Shown: positions 37,021-49,057 of the stretch, piece after piece
Position numbering within the stretch: position 1 is the stretch's first letter
Layout of the letters: each line of letters starts with the position of its first letter
DNA from: Mobula hypostoma
Lineage: Eukaryota
Assembly: GCF_963921235.1 (NCBI RefSeq)
Contig: NC_086108.1
Coordinates: 24,056,001-24,120,000, forward strand
Length of the DNA stretch: 64,000 nt
Direction: 5' to 3'
Notes under the pieces: model-generated
Told to the model about the DNA's origin: nothing
What the model saw: only the letters and a program-made list of their open reading frames with translations
The model's database searches: none
Translations under genes and position numbers: made by a program

Positions 37021-37094
37021 AATTTGAAATACATTTCTCGCTCCCTAACTGATCAACATTTCTTCGTAATTCACTATAAGCTGCTTTACTATCA

Positions 37095-37382
37095 GCAAGG
37101 AGGAGGTACAGGTTCAGGTACAGGAGCCTGAAGACACTCAATATTTCAGGAACAGCTTCTTCTGCACCTTCACATTTCTGAAAGGACAGTGATCCTATAA
37201 ACACTATCACACTATTATTTTTCCCTCTTATTTTGCACTGCTTATTTAAATTAATTATATATGTACACACAAGTATATAGTCATAGAAATTTATTCCTTT
37301 TTATTATCTATTGCAATGTACTGCTGCCACAAAACAACACATTTCATGACATATGCCAGTGATATTAAACCTGATTCTGATT
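37095..37382 (+). mobile_element. Rex1/Babar 3' end
   Basis: ggaggaggtacagg...caggaacagcttctt; tail attaaacctgattctgatt. Confidence 0.75.
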
Positions 37383-37769
37383 ACTCCCTAACTCAGTAAA
37401 TCAACAAACTTGCTAATCAATCCATGTACACTCACATCCAAATCCTGTCAAGAAGGTGACAACGAACCATAGCGATGTGTTGCAGACTGCTTGCAAAACT
37501 TCTAAATATATTTCTTATGAACTACTCTCACTGCAATCAGTAGCCTGCAATTTCCCTTCAATCACGTATTTTTGAACTGTCTTAGCAAACTCGTGATTTA
37601 ATCATCTTCTGAAGGATTCGGTGAACTCAACTCTCAAGCATGGAGGTACGGCACATTTAAGTGGACCTTTCATAGCCAGAAGAGAGGGAGGAGAGGAGGA
37701 CTCCAAGCCAGACAGAAACAGAGGAATGAAAATTCCTGTACACAGCATTTTGTTAGCAAATGTACAGAT

Positions 37770-39140
37770 GCAGGAGAACTAGACTGAGGACCTAAGAGTA
37801 AGATTGCTGTATTGAAGGAAAATGAGGAATTGCTGCAGTCTTTGTTTCATGGAGACATGGCCCACTCTGGACACACCAAATATGTCGGTAAGACCAGAAG
37901 GCTTCTCAATACACTGAACAGATTGGACCGATGATTTGGAGAAGGTAAAAGCTGGGGGTCTGTGTTTCATGATAAGTTCTTTGTGGTGCTCGGACCCACT
38001 GGTCTTGTCATACTCTGGTCCCCTCAACCTGGCATATTTATTGACAAAGTGCCGACCGTTCAAGAGTATTCTCCTCCATGATGCTGACTGCAGTTTACAT
38101 ACCACCTAAAGCCATCATTCATCAGGCACTCAAGATATTTAATGCTGCCATCACCAAATGAGGAACAGCCTACCTCAATGCCTTTCATATCATAGTCAGG
38201 GACTTCAATCACAAACAAGAGAAAACCCGCAGATGCTGGAAATCGAAGCAACACACATAAAATGCAGGCTAGAATGAAGAAATCTCTGACAATTATCATC
38301 AGCATATACTCTGCAGCACCAGGGGTCCCAAAACACTTGAGCACTGCTATACTACAATTAGGAATGTGCACGGTTCCATGCTTAGACCACATTTTGGGAA
38401 ATCTGATCACTTGTCTGTCCTTCTACCTGAATACTGGCAGAGGAGAAACAGCGAGGCTTCAGAGATAAAATCAACAATGAGGTGGTCGCAGGAAGCAGAG
38501 AAGCAGCTTCGTGATTGCTTCAAGTTGAAGGACTGGGCTGTCTTGAAGGACTCGTCAGAGGATTTGAATGAACACATTATGTTTGTCATAGTCTTTATAA
38601 AAAAGTCCCCATAAAATCATTCAGAGTTTTCCTCAGCCAGAAGCCCTGCATAAACAATTTGCTGAGGGCCAGATCAGCGGCATTTAGGTCTGTTGACCAA
38701 GTAGGATGCAGGAGGTCCAAGTACAGTCTCTGGAAAACCACCTCACGTGCAAAGTGGCAATTCCAGACCAAACCTGAATTGCTGAAGGATGCTCAACAGC
38801 TGTGGCAGGGTTTGAAATGCTATCACCTCTTAAAAGTGAAACCAAGCAACGTATAGCTGACAACAAGGCTTCACTCCCAGATTACCTCAATGCCTTTTAT
38901 GCTCACTTTAACTGTCAAAACGTGGACGCATCTTCACGAGCACCCACAGCTCCTGATGACCCTGTGATTTCAGTCTCTGTGGGCGATGCAAGAGCATCCT
39001 TCAGGAAGGTACACCCACAAAAAGCATCTGTCCAGACGGTGTACCTAATTGAGTATGAAAGACCTGTGCTAATAAACTGGCTGGAGAATTCACTGATATA
39101 TTTAAACTCTCGCTTCGGCAGTCTGAGATATCTTCTTGCT
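37770..39140 (+). mobile_element. Rex1/Babar LINE, APE endonuclease and linker region, degenerate
   Basis: CFMETW, GDFN, HFGKSDH, LRDCF and LNAFYAHF motifs. Confidence 0.85.
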
Positions 39141-39579
39141 TCTAGGTATTGAGGGTGATTACTGCACCAAAGGTAAAGCAGTAACAGAGTGCAGAATAAA
39201 GTGTTACAGCTACAGAGAAAGTGCAGTTAAAGTACACAATAAAATGCAAGGTCATAATGAGTTATGAGGTAGATTGTGAAGTCAAGATTCCATCTTACAA
39301 AGGACCCATTCAATAGTCTCATACAGAAGGGTAGAATTTGTCCTTGTGACTGAAGGTATGTGCTTTCAAGGCTTTTATATCTTCTGTCTGATGGTGGGGT
39401 GTGTGGGGGAAGAGAGAATGTCCAGGGTAGGTCTGGTCTTTAACTAAGCTGGCTATATTACTAAAGTAAAATGTAAACAGTCCATGGAGGTGAGGCTGAT
39501 GTGTTGAGCTGTGTTCACAACTCCCTGCAGTTTCTTCTTGTCGTCATGGGCAAAGCAGCTGCCATACCAAACTGTGATA

Positions 39580-42500
39580 CTTCACTACTGTGAAGCCTCT
39601 TCCGGTGATGCCTACACCGAAGAAGTTTAGATCCTCTCTTCGACGGGAGTTCAGTGAAACCATCTCTCACTGCTCCCCATCTGTAATTTCTTCGGCTCTT
39701 CAACTTTTCGACCACACTTTGACTCAAACTCGCTATCACAGCCATATATCCTTTCTTGGAACGTGCCTCCGTCGCCAACTTACTCCAGTTGGCTTTAGGA
39801 TACGTTTCCAAGCCTCTCAATTTGGACCTTCTGAGGATCCCAGGTACTCACATTTTATTGACTCTGCCTCTCGCCGCTTCTCCCGTCAAGCTCTGAAGGC
39901 GACGCTCTCCGCCATGAGGAGGTACTTGGTGTCCCTATCCCAGACCCTTCCACACCTTCGGGACACTTTCTTCGCCGTCTGTAATGGTCCTACCCGCTAT
40001 TTCATCCTCCGTCGGATCCACGCCTGCAATCGCAGTTTCTTTGACTTTGTCATGTTAGGCAAAGATCGCAAGATCCTACATCTACGGACTCCAGAGCCTG
40101 CCGGCCCCGACGCTAGCAGGCATGAACTCAGATTGCGGCCCCTGCCATTGATCTCGGCGGCTCCAACACCTCAGGGCATATTCAAAACCCGGACTCCAGC
40201 AACGACCATGGACACCTCCACAGCGATTACGCAACCACCAACTGCAATTCCAGCCTTGAACTCCAGGCCGGGTCTTTATGTGCTGCTGTTGTGACTCCCG
40301 TCTCCCCTTCCCCCACCACCACTCTGCAACCCCGTCTCCCTCAGATCCCACCGTCAACTCCCGGGCCCTCAGAGGCTCCATCTTCCTCTCACCCCAACCC
40401 TCCCCTCTCCATTGACACCCCTAGCCTCCCCCTCCCCCCTCTGATCCCAGCTCTCATCCGTGCCGGGTCTTTACTATCCCCTCCGACCTTCAACTGTCGG
40501 AGGCAGAGCGCTCTGTTCTCAGTAAGGGCCTCACCTTTGTCCCCCTTCGCCCACACCTCAGTGAGTTCCGTGTTCGCCACGATGCGGAACTTTTCTTCCG
40601 CCGTCTCCGTCTCCGAGCCTACTTCTTCGGCAAGGACTCTTCCACCCCCACCGATGACCCCTTCTCCCGTCTTCAACCCTCCTCTTCTTCATGGACACCC
40701 TGCTCTGGTCTTCTGCCTGCTCTGGATCTCTTTATTGCCAACTGCCGACGGGACATCAACCGTCTCGACTTCACTGCACCTTGTCCCCATTCCAACCTCA
40801 CTCCTTCGGACTTCGGAACGCTCTGCTCTCCACTCCCTCCGCACTAATCCTAACCTTATTATTAAACCCGCTGATAAGGGGGGGTGCTGTTGTAGTCTGG
40901 CGTACTGACCTCTACCTTGCCGAGGCACAGCAACAACTCGCGGATACCTCCTCTTATTTACCCCTCGATCGTGACCCCACTAAGGAGCACCAGGCCATTG
41001 TCTCCCACACTATCACCGACTTTATCCGCTCAGGGGATCTCCCATCCACTGCTACCAACCTTATAGTTCCCACACCCCGCACTTCCCGTTTCTACCTCCT
41101 ACCCAAGATCCACAAACCTGCCTGTCCTGGCCGACCTATTGTCTCAGCTTGCTCCTGCCCCACCGAACTCGTTTCTGCATACCTCAACTCTGTTTTATCA
41201 CCCCTTGTTCAATCCCTTCCGACCTATGTTCGTGACACTTCTCACGCTCTTAAACTTTTCGATGATTTTAAGTTCCCTGGCCCCCACTGCTTTATTTTCA
41301 CCATGGATGTCCAGTCCTTATATACTTCCATCCCCCATCAGGAAGGTCTCAAAGCTCTACGCTTCTTTTTGGATTCCAGACCTAATCAGTTCCCCTCTAC
41401 CACCACTCTGCTCCGTCTAGCGGAATTAGTCCTTACTCTTACTAATTTTTCCTTTTGCTCCTCCCATTTCTTCCAAACTAAAGGTGTAGCTATGGGCACC
41501 CGTATGGGTCCTAGCTATGCCTGCCTTTTTGTTGGGTTTGTGGAACGATCTATGTTCCGTGCCTATTCTGGTATCTGTCCCCCACTTTTCCTTCGCTACA
41601 TCGACGACTGCATTGGCGCTGCTTCCTGTACGCATGCAGAACTCGTTGACTTTATTAACTTTGCCTCCAACTTTCACCCTGCCCTCAAGTTTACCTGGTC
41701 CATTTCCGACACCTCCCTCCCCTTTCTAGATCTTTCTGTCTCTGTCTCTGGAGACAGCTTATCCACTGATGTCTACTATAAGCCTACTGACTCTCACAGC
41801 TATCTGGACTATTCCTCTTCTCACCCTGTCTCTTGCAAAAACGCCATCCCCTTCTCGCAATTCCTCCGTCTCCGCCGCATCTGCTCTCAGGATGAGGCTT
41901 TTCATTCTAGGACGAGGGAGATGTCTTCATTTTTTAAAGAAAGGGGCTTCCTTTCCTCCACTATCAACTCTGCTCTTAAACGCATCTCCCCCATTTCACG
42001 TACATCTGCTCTCACTCCATCCTCCCACCACCCCACTAGGAATAGGGTTCCCCTGGTCCTCACCTACCACCCCACCAGCCTCCGGGTCCAACATATTATT
42101 CTCCGTAACTTCCGCCACCTCCAACGGGATCCCACCACTAAGCACATCTTTCCCTCCCCCCCTCTCTCTGCATTCCGCAGGGATCGCTCCCTACACAACT
42201 CCCTTGTCCATTCGTCCCCCCCATCCCTCCCCACTGATCTCCCTCCTGGCACTTATCCGTGTAAGCGGAACAAGTGCTACACATGCCCTTACACTTCCTC
42301 CCTTACCACCATTCAGGGCCCCAAACAGTCCTTCCAGGTGAGGCATCACTTCACCTGTGAGTCGACTGGGGTGATATACTGCGTCCGGTGCTCCCGATGT
42401 GGCCTTTTATATATTGGTGAGACCCGACGCAGACTGGGAGACCGCTTTGCTGAACATCTACGCTCTGTCCGCCAGAGAAAGCAGGATCTCCCAGTGGCCA

Positions 42501-43057
42501 CACATTTTAATTCCACATCCCATTCCCATTCTGACATGTCTATCCACGGCCTCCTCTACTGTAAAGATGAAGCCACACTCAGGTTGGAGGAACAACACCT
42601 TATATTCCGTCTGGGTAGCCTCCAACCTGATGGCATGAACATTGACTTCTCTAACTTCCGCTAAGGCCCCACCTCCCCCTCGTACCCCATCTGTTACTCA
42701 TTTTTATGCACACATTCTTTCTCTCACTCTCCTTTTTCTCCCTCTGTCCCTCTGAATATACCTCTTGCCCATCCTCTGGGTCACCCCCCCCCCTCGTCTT
42801 TCTTCCCGGACCTCCTGTCCCATGATCCTCTCGTATCCCCTTTTGCCTATCACCTGTCCAGCTCTCGGCTCTATCCCTCCCCCTCCTGTCTTCTCCTATC
42901 ATTTTGCATCTCCCCCTCCCCCTCCAGCTTTCAAATCCCTTACTCACTCTTCCTTCAGTTAGTCCTGATGAAGGGTCTCGGCCTGAAACGTCGACTGCGC
43001 CTCTTCCTATAGATGCTGCTTGGCCTGCTGCGTTCACCAGCAACTTTGATGTATGTT
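39580..43057 (+). mobile_element. Penelope-like element, near full length (N-terminal domain, RT, GIY-YIG endonuclease, 3' pLTR), frameshifted
   Basis: HISFLGTCLRRQLTPVG (39590-40294), LSEAERSVLSKGLTFVP (~40495), KPADKG, LPKIHK, GRPIVS, DVQSLYT, GVAMGTRMGP, RYIDD, YYKPT, VIYCVRCSRCGLLYIGET and PDGMN. Confidence 0.97.
42961..42996 (+). ncRNA. Minimal type I hammerhead ribozyme in the Penelope terminal repeat
   Basis: AGTC-CTGATGA-AGG-gtctcgg-CCT-GAAAC-GTC-GACT: helix I AGTC/GACT, intact CUGAUGA and GAAA cores, helix II AGG/CCT, palindromic ACGT helix III, GUC cleavage triplet. Confidence 0.88.
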
Positions 43058-43694
43058 ATATCAGGATAGATTGTTTTTTACCGAGCATCAATAAAAATTG
43101 AGGAGGGTCTAAGGGGACATACTAAATTTCTTTAGAATCCTGAGGATGTACAGACACCTATGACTTTCTTGGCTGTGGCATCAATGTCTTTGGATCAGAA
43201 CGGGCTATTGGTGATGTTCACACCAAGAAGCTTGAAACTCTCAATCCTCTCGACTTCAGTGCCATTGATGTGCACCACCCCCATTCCTGAAGTCCATGAC
43301 CATCTCCTTTGTTTTGCAGACACTGAGCAAAAGGTTGTCCTGACACCATGTCACTTGACTCTCTATCTCTTTCCTGTTCTCCAACTTATAATTATTTGAG
43401 ATACAGCTCACTACAGTGTATCATCTGTAAACATAGATGGAGTTCGAGAAAAACCTGGCCACATACTCATGAGTAGAGTCAAATGCTGAGGAAGCAACTT
43501 TGTGAGGCACCAATGTTGAGCATAATTGCTGCAGATGTGTTCCTTACTGATGGCTATCTGTTGGTCAGAATGTCAAGGATCCAGTTGCAGAAAGAGGTGT
43601 TGAGACCCTGGTCTAGGAGATTGAAAATAAGCTTACTTGGAAGTATAGTATTGAATGTAGAGCTGTAGTCAATAAACAACAGTTAATGATAGCT

Positions 43695-43815
43695 TAAGGG
43701 CCTCAGCACGAAACATCGACTGTTCATTCATTTCATGGGTGCTGCCTGACCTGCTGAATTCCTCCAGCATTTTGAGAGTGTTGCTTTTGATTTCTAGAAT
43801 CTGCAGAATGTCCCA
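43695..43815 (+). repeat. Penelope pLTR remnant inserted in the Rex element
   Basis: aagggcctcagcacgaaacatcgactg...gctgcctgacctgctgaattcctccagcatttt. Confidence 0.8.
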
Positions 43816-43957
43816 TGTTTTTAATAGTTTAACACAGTTATCTATACCATCAGATGCTACAAGCATAAGTGCAGGGCCAAGGAGATGGTGTCTGCTATAG
43901 ACCTGTTTTGTTGGTAGGCAAATTGCAGTGATTGACGTTGTCTGCAGTTAATGCATG

Positions 43958-44520
43958 TGTAACTCTCAGTTTGACTAGCAGCTTAATCTAAGTGAAGACA
44001 GCCCTTGGCCCGTCCAAACTTAAGAAATCTTGTTTGGGTGGATGCTACGTGATGTGTCCCCTATTACAAATCAATACCACAAAATAACCAATAGTACACA
44101 ATATGCGATATACGATTAAACGATTGAGCTTTATAATTCTTAATTTGACTATATGGTTAGTAAAGAAACAAAAAAAGAAAAGGGCCCATCCTCATAAAAC
44201 AGTCTAATGCACGACGTTGGAGTTCAAAATTCAGTCCACTGGTTTCCCATTGACCTTTTTCAAGCACAGCCAACCCACGGACCCTGGTTCCAAGTCCACT
44301 TTGTCTGGCGGTCTACCGACTTTCACCATTCACATTTTCTCTCCTCATCTCTCCCCAGCAAAAGACAGCAAAATCCCTGCTCCCAGACCCACAAGAAAGA
44401 ACAGCATTCCTCTCCTTGGATAGCCCACATTCCAAAGCCCTGTTATTTCTAATCATAACCCAAGCATTGTTGCTACGGAGAAACCATTACATTAGTAGCG
44501 AAACGTTACAGCGCATTACA
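43958..44520 (-). mobile_element. Solo LTR (563 bp), probably Ty3/Gypsy
   Basis: TGTAA...TTACA termini; exact 4-bp TSD CATG at 43954-43957 and 44521-44524; the host LINE sequence resumes across it. Strand inferred from U5-like composition. Confidence 0.85.
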
Positions 44521-45816
44521 CATGCTATGACCAGCCTTCAAAAGAAATTCATGATACTGGATGTCATAGCCACCAAGTGGTAGTCATTAAAGTAAATTAC
44601 TTGGTTGTTCTTTGGTACCAAGAAGATAGTGCCTTCTTAAGGTATGTGAGAAATTCAGATTGTAGCAGGGAGAGTTTAAAAATGTCTGCAAATACGCCTG
44701 GCAGCTGACCTGCACAGCCAGTGATACCATCAACCCAAATGCTTTCTACGTCTTCACTCTGTAGAAGGCTGATTTTAGGTCTGCAATGGTTCAGGTGCAC
44801 TGGAGACTGTTGGATTGGGTGGCGACAGACAAATCCTATTTGTTCAAAATGTGCATAGAATGAGCTGAGTTCATCAAAAGGGATATGCACTTGGTAGCAA
44901 TGCTGCCTCACTTTCTTACTGCATTAAACTCTGCTACAACTGACGGCTGGTCTGGGACTCGATTTCAGACTAGTATTCTCTCTGGTAACACTGGTAGCTT
45001 TAGAGGGGTCATATCTCAATCTTTTGGAAAGATCAGGGTCACCTGTTTTGAACACTGCAGTACTAGAGTTCAGCCGGTAGTGGTTCTCACCATTCAGAAA
45101 TCCAGATTGTCCTTGTTGGTGCAGAGTGCTCAATGTACTTACTGACAAAGTTTGTGATGATAGGGACATAGTCACCTAAGCTGACTGCTTAGTCTTTGAA
45201 CAAGGGTCAGTCTCCTGACTCAAAGTAGTCATGTGGAAGCTCATCTATTTCCTCAGACTAGAACTGTATGTCTTTTTGTTCGGATCCTCACATTTCAGCT
45301 TGTGTTTGTATGCAAGATGACACAGTCTGAAGGTCTAATTTACCAACACGTGGGCAGTGAGGGTGGTTGAGTAAACATTCCTGTTTGTACATACTCCACT
45401 GAAATACTATCTTTTGTGCCATATATAGCCTCAGATCCATCCCTTTCAGACATAGTGTTAAATAATCTACTCAAATCCCCAAAGCATACTCTATATCCCC
45501 TCTAAAGTATCAACACCACAGTGCTAGCAATCATAAACCCCTAGACAAGGCAAGAAAAATATCAAGCTTTAGTCATGTTTAGAAGACTCAGGGAAATTGC
45601 CTTCTGATCCCAGAGGCAAAGATACAGAAACTGTCATCTGTAATCCTAGCAGCCTTTTATCTAGAGTCACACTGCACTCAATACCACTTCCAGTTTTCTG
45701 TTGACAGGCAGCATGCCAGAAACTTTGTCAACTTATTCTCAAGGTTGTGAACTTCTGGTTGAAATACCAGTCTGCAGCTTTGTGCTGTATTTGCATTCAA
45801 GGTGCTTCTTACCAAT

Positions 45817-45858
45817 AACACAATAAAACATAATGCAAACACAATAAAACATAATGCA
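45817..45858. repeat. 21-bp tandem duplication
   Basis: aacacaataaaacataatgca x2. Confidence 0.85.
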
Positions 45859-46597
45859 AAGTTTTCAAAATAAGTAATGTTCAAAATTTAGTTCAATCAA
45901 ATAGATGGACTGAAAAGGAGAAGCTGGATCTTACCAATGTCAAATTAAAACAGCTGTCTAAACAGTAGGGGAGATAATGGGACGATGAGCAAATTTGGAA
46001 TGAAAATTATTGGCTGCTTGAACTTAAAAATCAGTGGTATGCAGGGAGAGTCACTGCAGAAGCAAAATTTAATACTCAAGGCCTGGAGAGTACAAAGAGA
46101 GATAGTGCAGACAGAACAATTTCAACATGGATGTGCTTGGTTTACAGAGTAGAAATTGATCTTGTTTGATCTTTTTTATTAAAGTATCAGAATACATTGA
46201 AAAAAATCATGAAACCAAAATCCTACACCCAAAAACAATCTCAATGATTGGATCCACCATGGAACACAGTCTGCCACATTACATACATGAACTTTTTTTC
46301 TCCAACCACTTGTTGAAATTGATTGCTGATTGGATGGTCCATTCCTCTAATGATTTAGTGGAGATCATTTTTCTAAACTTCCTGTTATTTCTATAAGATA
46401 TAAATCAGCTATCAGTTCTACAAAGTCTTGTTCCCCACACCTCTGTGATCAGCCTGCATCCACTACAGATTCCTTCCTAGACTTGTATTTAAGCTGCTGT
46501 CAGGACAGCAATTAACGGGTGGTCATCACTGGCACATGACAGCTAACAGTATAACACAATAAATTTTGAGGCAGTGGAGACTATAGGTGATGTGACC

Positions 46598-46792
46598 TGG
46601 AACAAAAAACAGACTGCTAGAAGAGCTCAGAGATCAGGCAGTATCTGTGGAGGCAGAGGGGTGGTCAACAATCTGGGCTGACGACTTGTTTCAGTCCAGA
46701 CACGTGGCTGTCCACCTAAATATTGATTGCATCTCCACAGATGCTGCCTGGTGCACAGAGTTCCGCCACTGGATTGTTTCCAGCTCCAGCAA
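46598..46792. repeat. Palindromic Penelope pLTR remnant
   Basis: caggcagtatctgtggagg and inverted ctccacagatgctgcctgg. Confidence 0.65.
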
Positions 46793-47099
46793 ATTCTGTG
46801 AGGAAGGCTGAGGACCAATTTCAGCCAGCCTCACGCTGAACCCTGCGCATCACTAACATTCCACTGGTCGTGGACTCAAAAGGTAGGATCCAATTTTCCA
46901 TCCTAAAGGGATGCTTCAAAATTCATTCTCAAAGGGCAATGGGTGCAAAGTTCAGTTCTTTCTTGAGTAGATCGAGCCAGTGGCTGATTCTGAATGAAAA
47001 CGCAGCAATCACGCAATTGGATAGGGCATTTCCGGTCATGATCCATCTGACTCCTGTGCAGCATCAGGTGTTGGTGCAATGACATCACATGTTTCATAC

Positions 47100-47132
47100 C
47101 TCACTACCCATTTACGAGCAAAACTGGAGTCC
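47100..47132 (-). CDS. Candidate micro-exon (DSSFARKWVV)
   Basis: Acceptor ttgttttcctcatacag, donor GAG/gtatga; only phase 2 is open and it matches the 50389 exon. Confidence 0.45.
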
Positions 47133-47457
47133 CTGTATGAGGAAAACAACTAGCATGTGACAGTCACATAAATCAGAAACACGGTGGCATAAGCCATTGA
47201 AATCCAATTATATTGATCACAACCTTAGATGTTGAAAATTTTGTTACTCTTTGGCACATCAATGTTTGCAGTATACTCATTTCAGTGCTAGACACTGCCA
47301 TCTCTGTTCTAATTATAGTGACAGCAAGCCAGAGCAGGCAATTGCAAAGGTGGTGTGGAGGGGGAGGGTCCATATTACCACAAGCTGAAGTGTGTCGTAC
47401 ATCCCCCCCTCCCTGTGTTTTCTCTCAGCTTCATTGTAGCCTGCATATAACTTCCAT

Positions 47458-47665
47458 GGGAGGAGAGAGAGAGAGAGAGAGAGAGGAGTGTAAAGGAGAG
47501 AGGAAGGAAGGGGGTGGGGGAGGAGAATGGGGAAAAGGGACGGGTGATGGGTTTGTGGGGGGAGGGAGAGGGGGAGTGGTTGAGGGAAAGGCAGAGAGGG
47601 AGAGAGCTGACAGAGGGAGCGGGGCACGGGAGAGTGGGAGGGAGGGGAGAGGGGGAGGGGGAGAT
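47458..47665 (+). repeat. Polypurine (GA)n / G-run tract
   Basis: About 200 nt of almost pure G/A with many GGG+ runs. Confidence 0.85.
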
Positions 47666-47720
47666 TTATTATATTATATAGAACTCTCCTATAACTGTTA
47701 CTAATCTCTATGCGGCTTAC

Positions 47721-47757
47721 TGCATTATGAAGTTTTGTATCTTCTACAGACCGAAAT
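47721..47757 (-). CDS. Alternative candidate exon (FRSVEDTKLHNA)
   Basis: Acceptor gtagtttctacag, donor gtaagc; in phase with the 50389 exon but not with 47100-47132. Confidence 0.3.
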
Positions 47758-49057
47758 CTGTAGAAACTACTTATCCAGGTCAGTTATATTTAACAAGTAA
47801 AACAATTTTACAAGCCTAGTGCTGGAGCATGAAGGGAAACAATACTTAACACAGTTGTTCTGATTGTTGATGAGTAATTAAAGGTAATTTTGGCTATTTA
47901 TAAGGAACTGCTCTGAATTATAAGAAGCCTTAGCTGCTGTGATGTATTTAGCCCAGATGAATCCTGTTTTAGCCCGGTGTGTGGGCGTGGTTGCCGTTCT
48001 TCAGCATATCGCTGGAAGTCAGTTAATGGATATTCACAAGGTTGCATTGCTATGACAGCTTGAGATTGACATACAGTTCAGTGGCAAATGTTGTTCAGTG
48101 TCACGAAAATAGGGAAAAGGCAATCTGGACAGGTATTGCTAGATTGTGAGACAGATGTACCATGTGAATCACTGTAATGATCAACTCTGGGTAAGAAGAG
48201 TGAGAATTATAAATCTGTAAATGTTCTAAATTATTCCAGCCTACCAGAGGAATCAGGAACTGTTTTGGAATGTGGCTAGAAAAATCATTACTCTTTTTTT
48301 CTACTCTACACTTATTGAAAACTTAAACTTATGCCTGCTTAACCACAGCACTTTGACATGGCATGATCTCTTACATTCTTTTTAAACTTAATGATGAATG
48401 GTAACTAGGAGGCACAGCCGATCACAGGTTTACAACTTGCCCGTGTATCTTGTCGACCAGGGCAAACTGCCTCAGCTTAGATCTGTCTACTCTAGAAGTT
48501 ATGGGCAGGGGAGAGGACAAGTGGTATATTGTTTCCACACAGTCAGGAGATGCCGTGTGTGGTGCAATGGGGTCATGCCCATGGCCAGAATTTTGTCCTG
48601 CAGCAGCTATGAGAGGATAATGAAGGATCCAGTGGGATGAGCCCATGGGTTTCCAAAGGACTGCTCTTGGCATAACTGTCCAGGGTACAGAAAGCCACTG
48701 TCCCTGCCTTGTGTATTTTTAATTCAGTTAGTGTTATTGTCAAAAGAAAATGCTTTATATTTGAATCATTCTTCTAGCTCTGCTGAATTTTAATATCTCT
48801 GCTCCCCTACTCTGGAGGTTCTCTTTTAATTTCCCCATCAGTGGTGGAGAACCTCTGAGCAACTTTCTTCCACCTATTTAACATCTTTCTTTCTGACCAA
48901 GGGTTCTGCCAGCTGCTCTGATAGATGTGATTCATGTCACATTAGAGAGTGACAGAGATGCAGTACATAAAACAGGCACTTTGGCCCACCAAGTTTGGGC
49001 TCACCATTAATCACCCACTCACACTAATCCTAGTTTTTTCCATCTTCATCAATGTGG

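Larger units (their letters stand above)
39145..45420 (-). mobile_element. Degenerate Rex1/Babar LINE hosting three nested insertions
   Basis: 3' end at 39145-39580, RT at 43058-43690 and 43820-43957, linker at 44521-45420 (DELSSFYAHF, QLPGVFADIFKLSL). Confidence 0.75.

Noticed and set aside
40291..40908. Pro/Ser-rich 205-aa ORF as a separate gene
   Set aside because: A mixture of frames of the frameshifted Penelope ORF: the real LSKGLTFVP segment is in another frame and KPADKG appears at its end.
47213..47704. 163-aa Gly/Glu/Arg-rich ORF
   Set aside because: Produced by the stop-poor polypurine tract; no domain signal.
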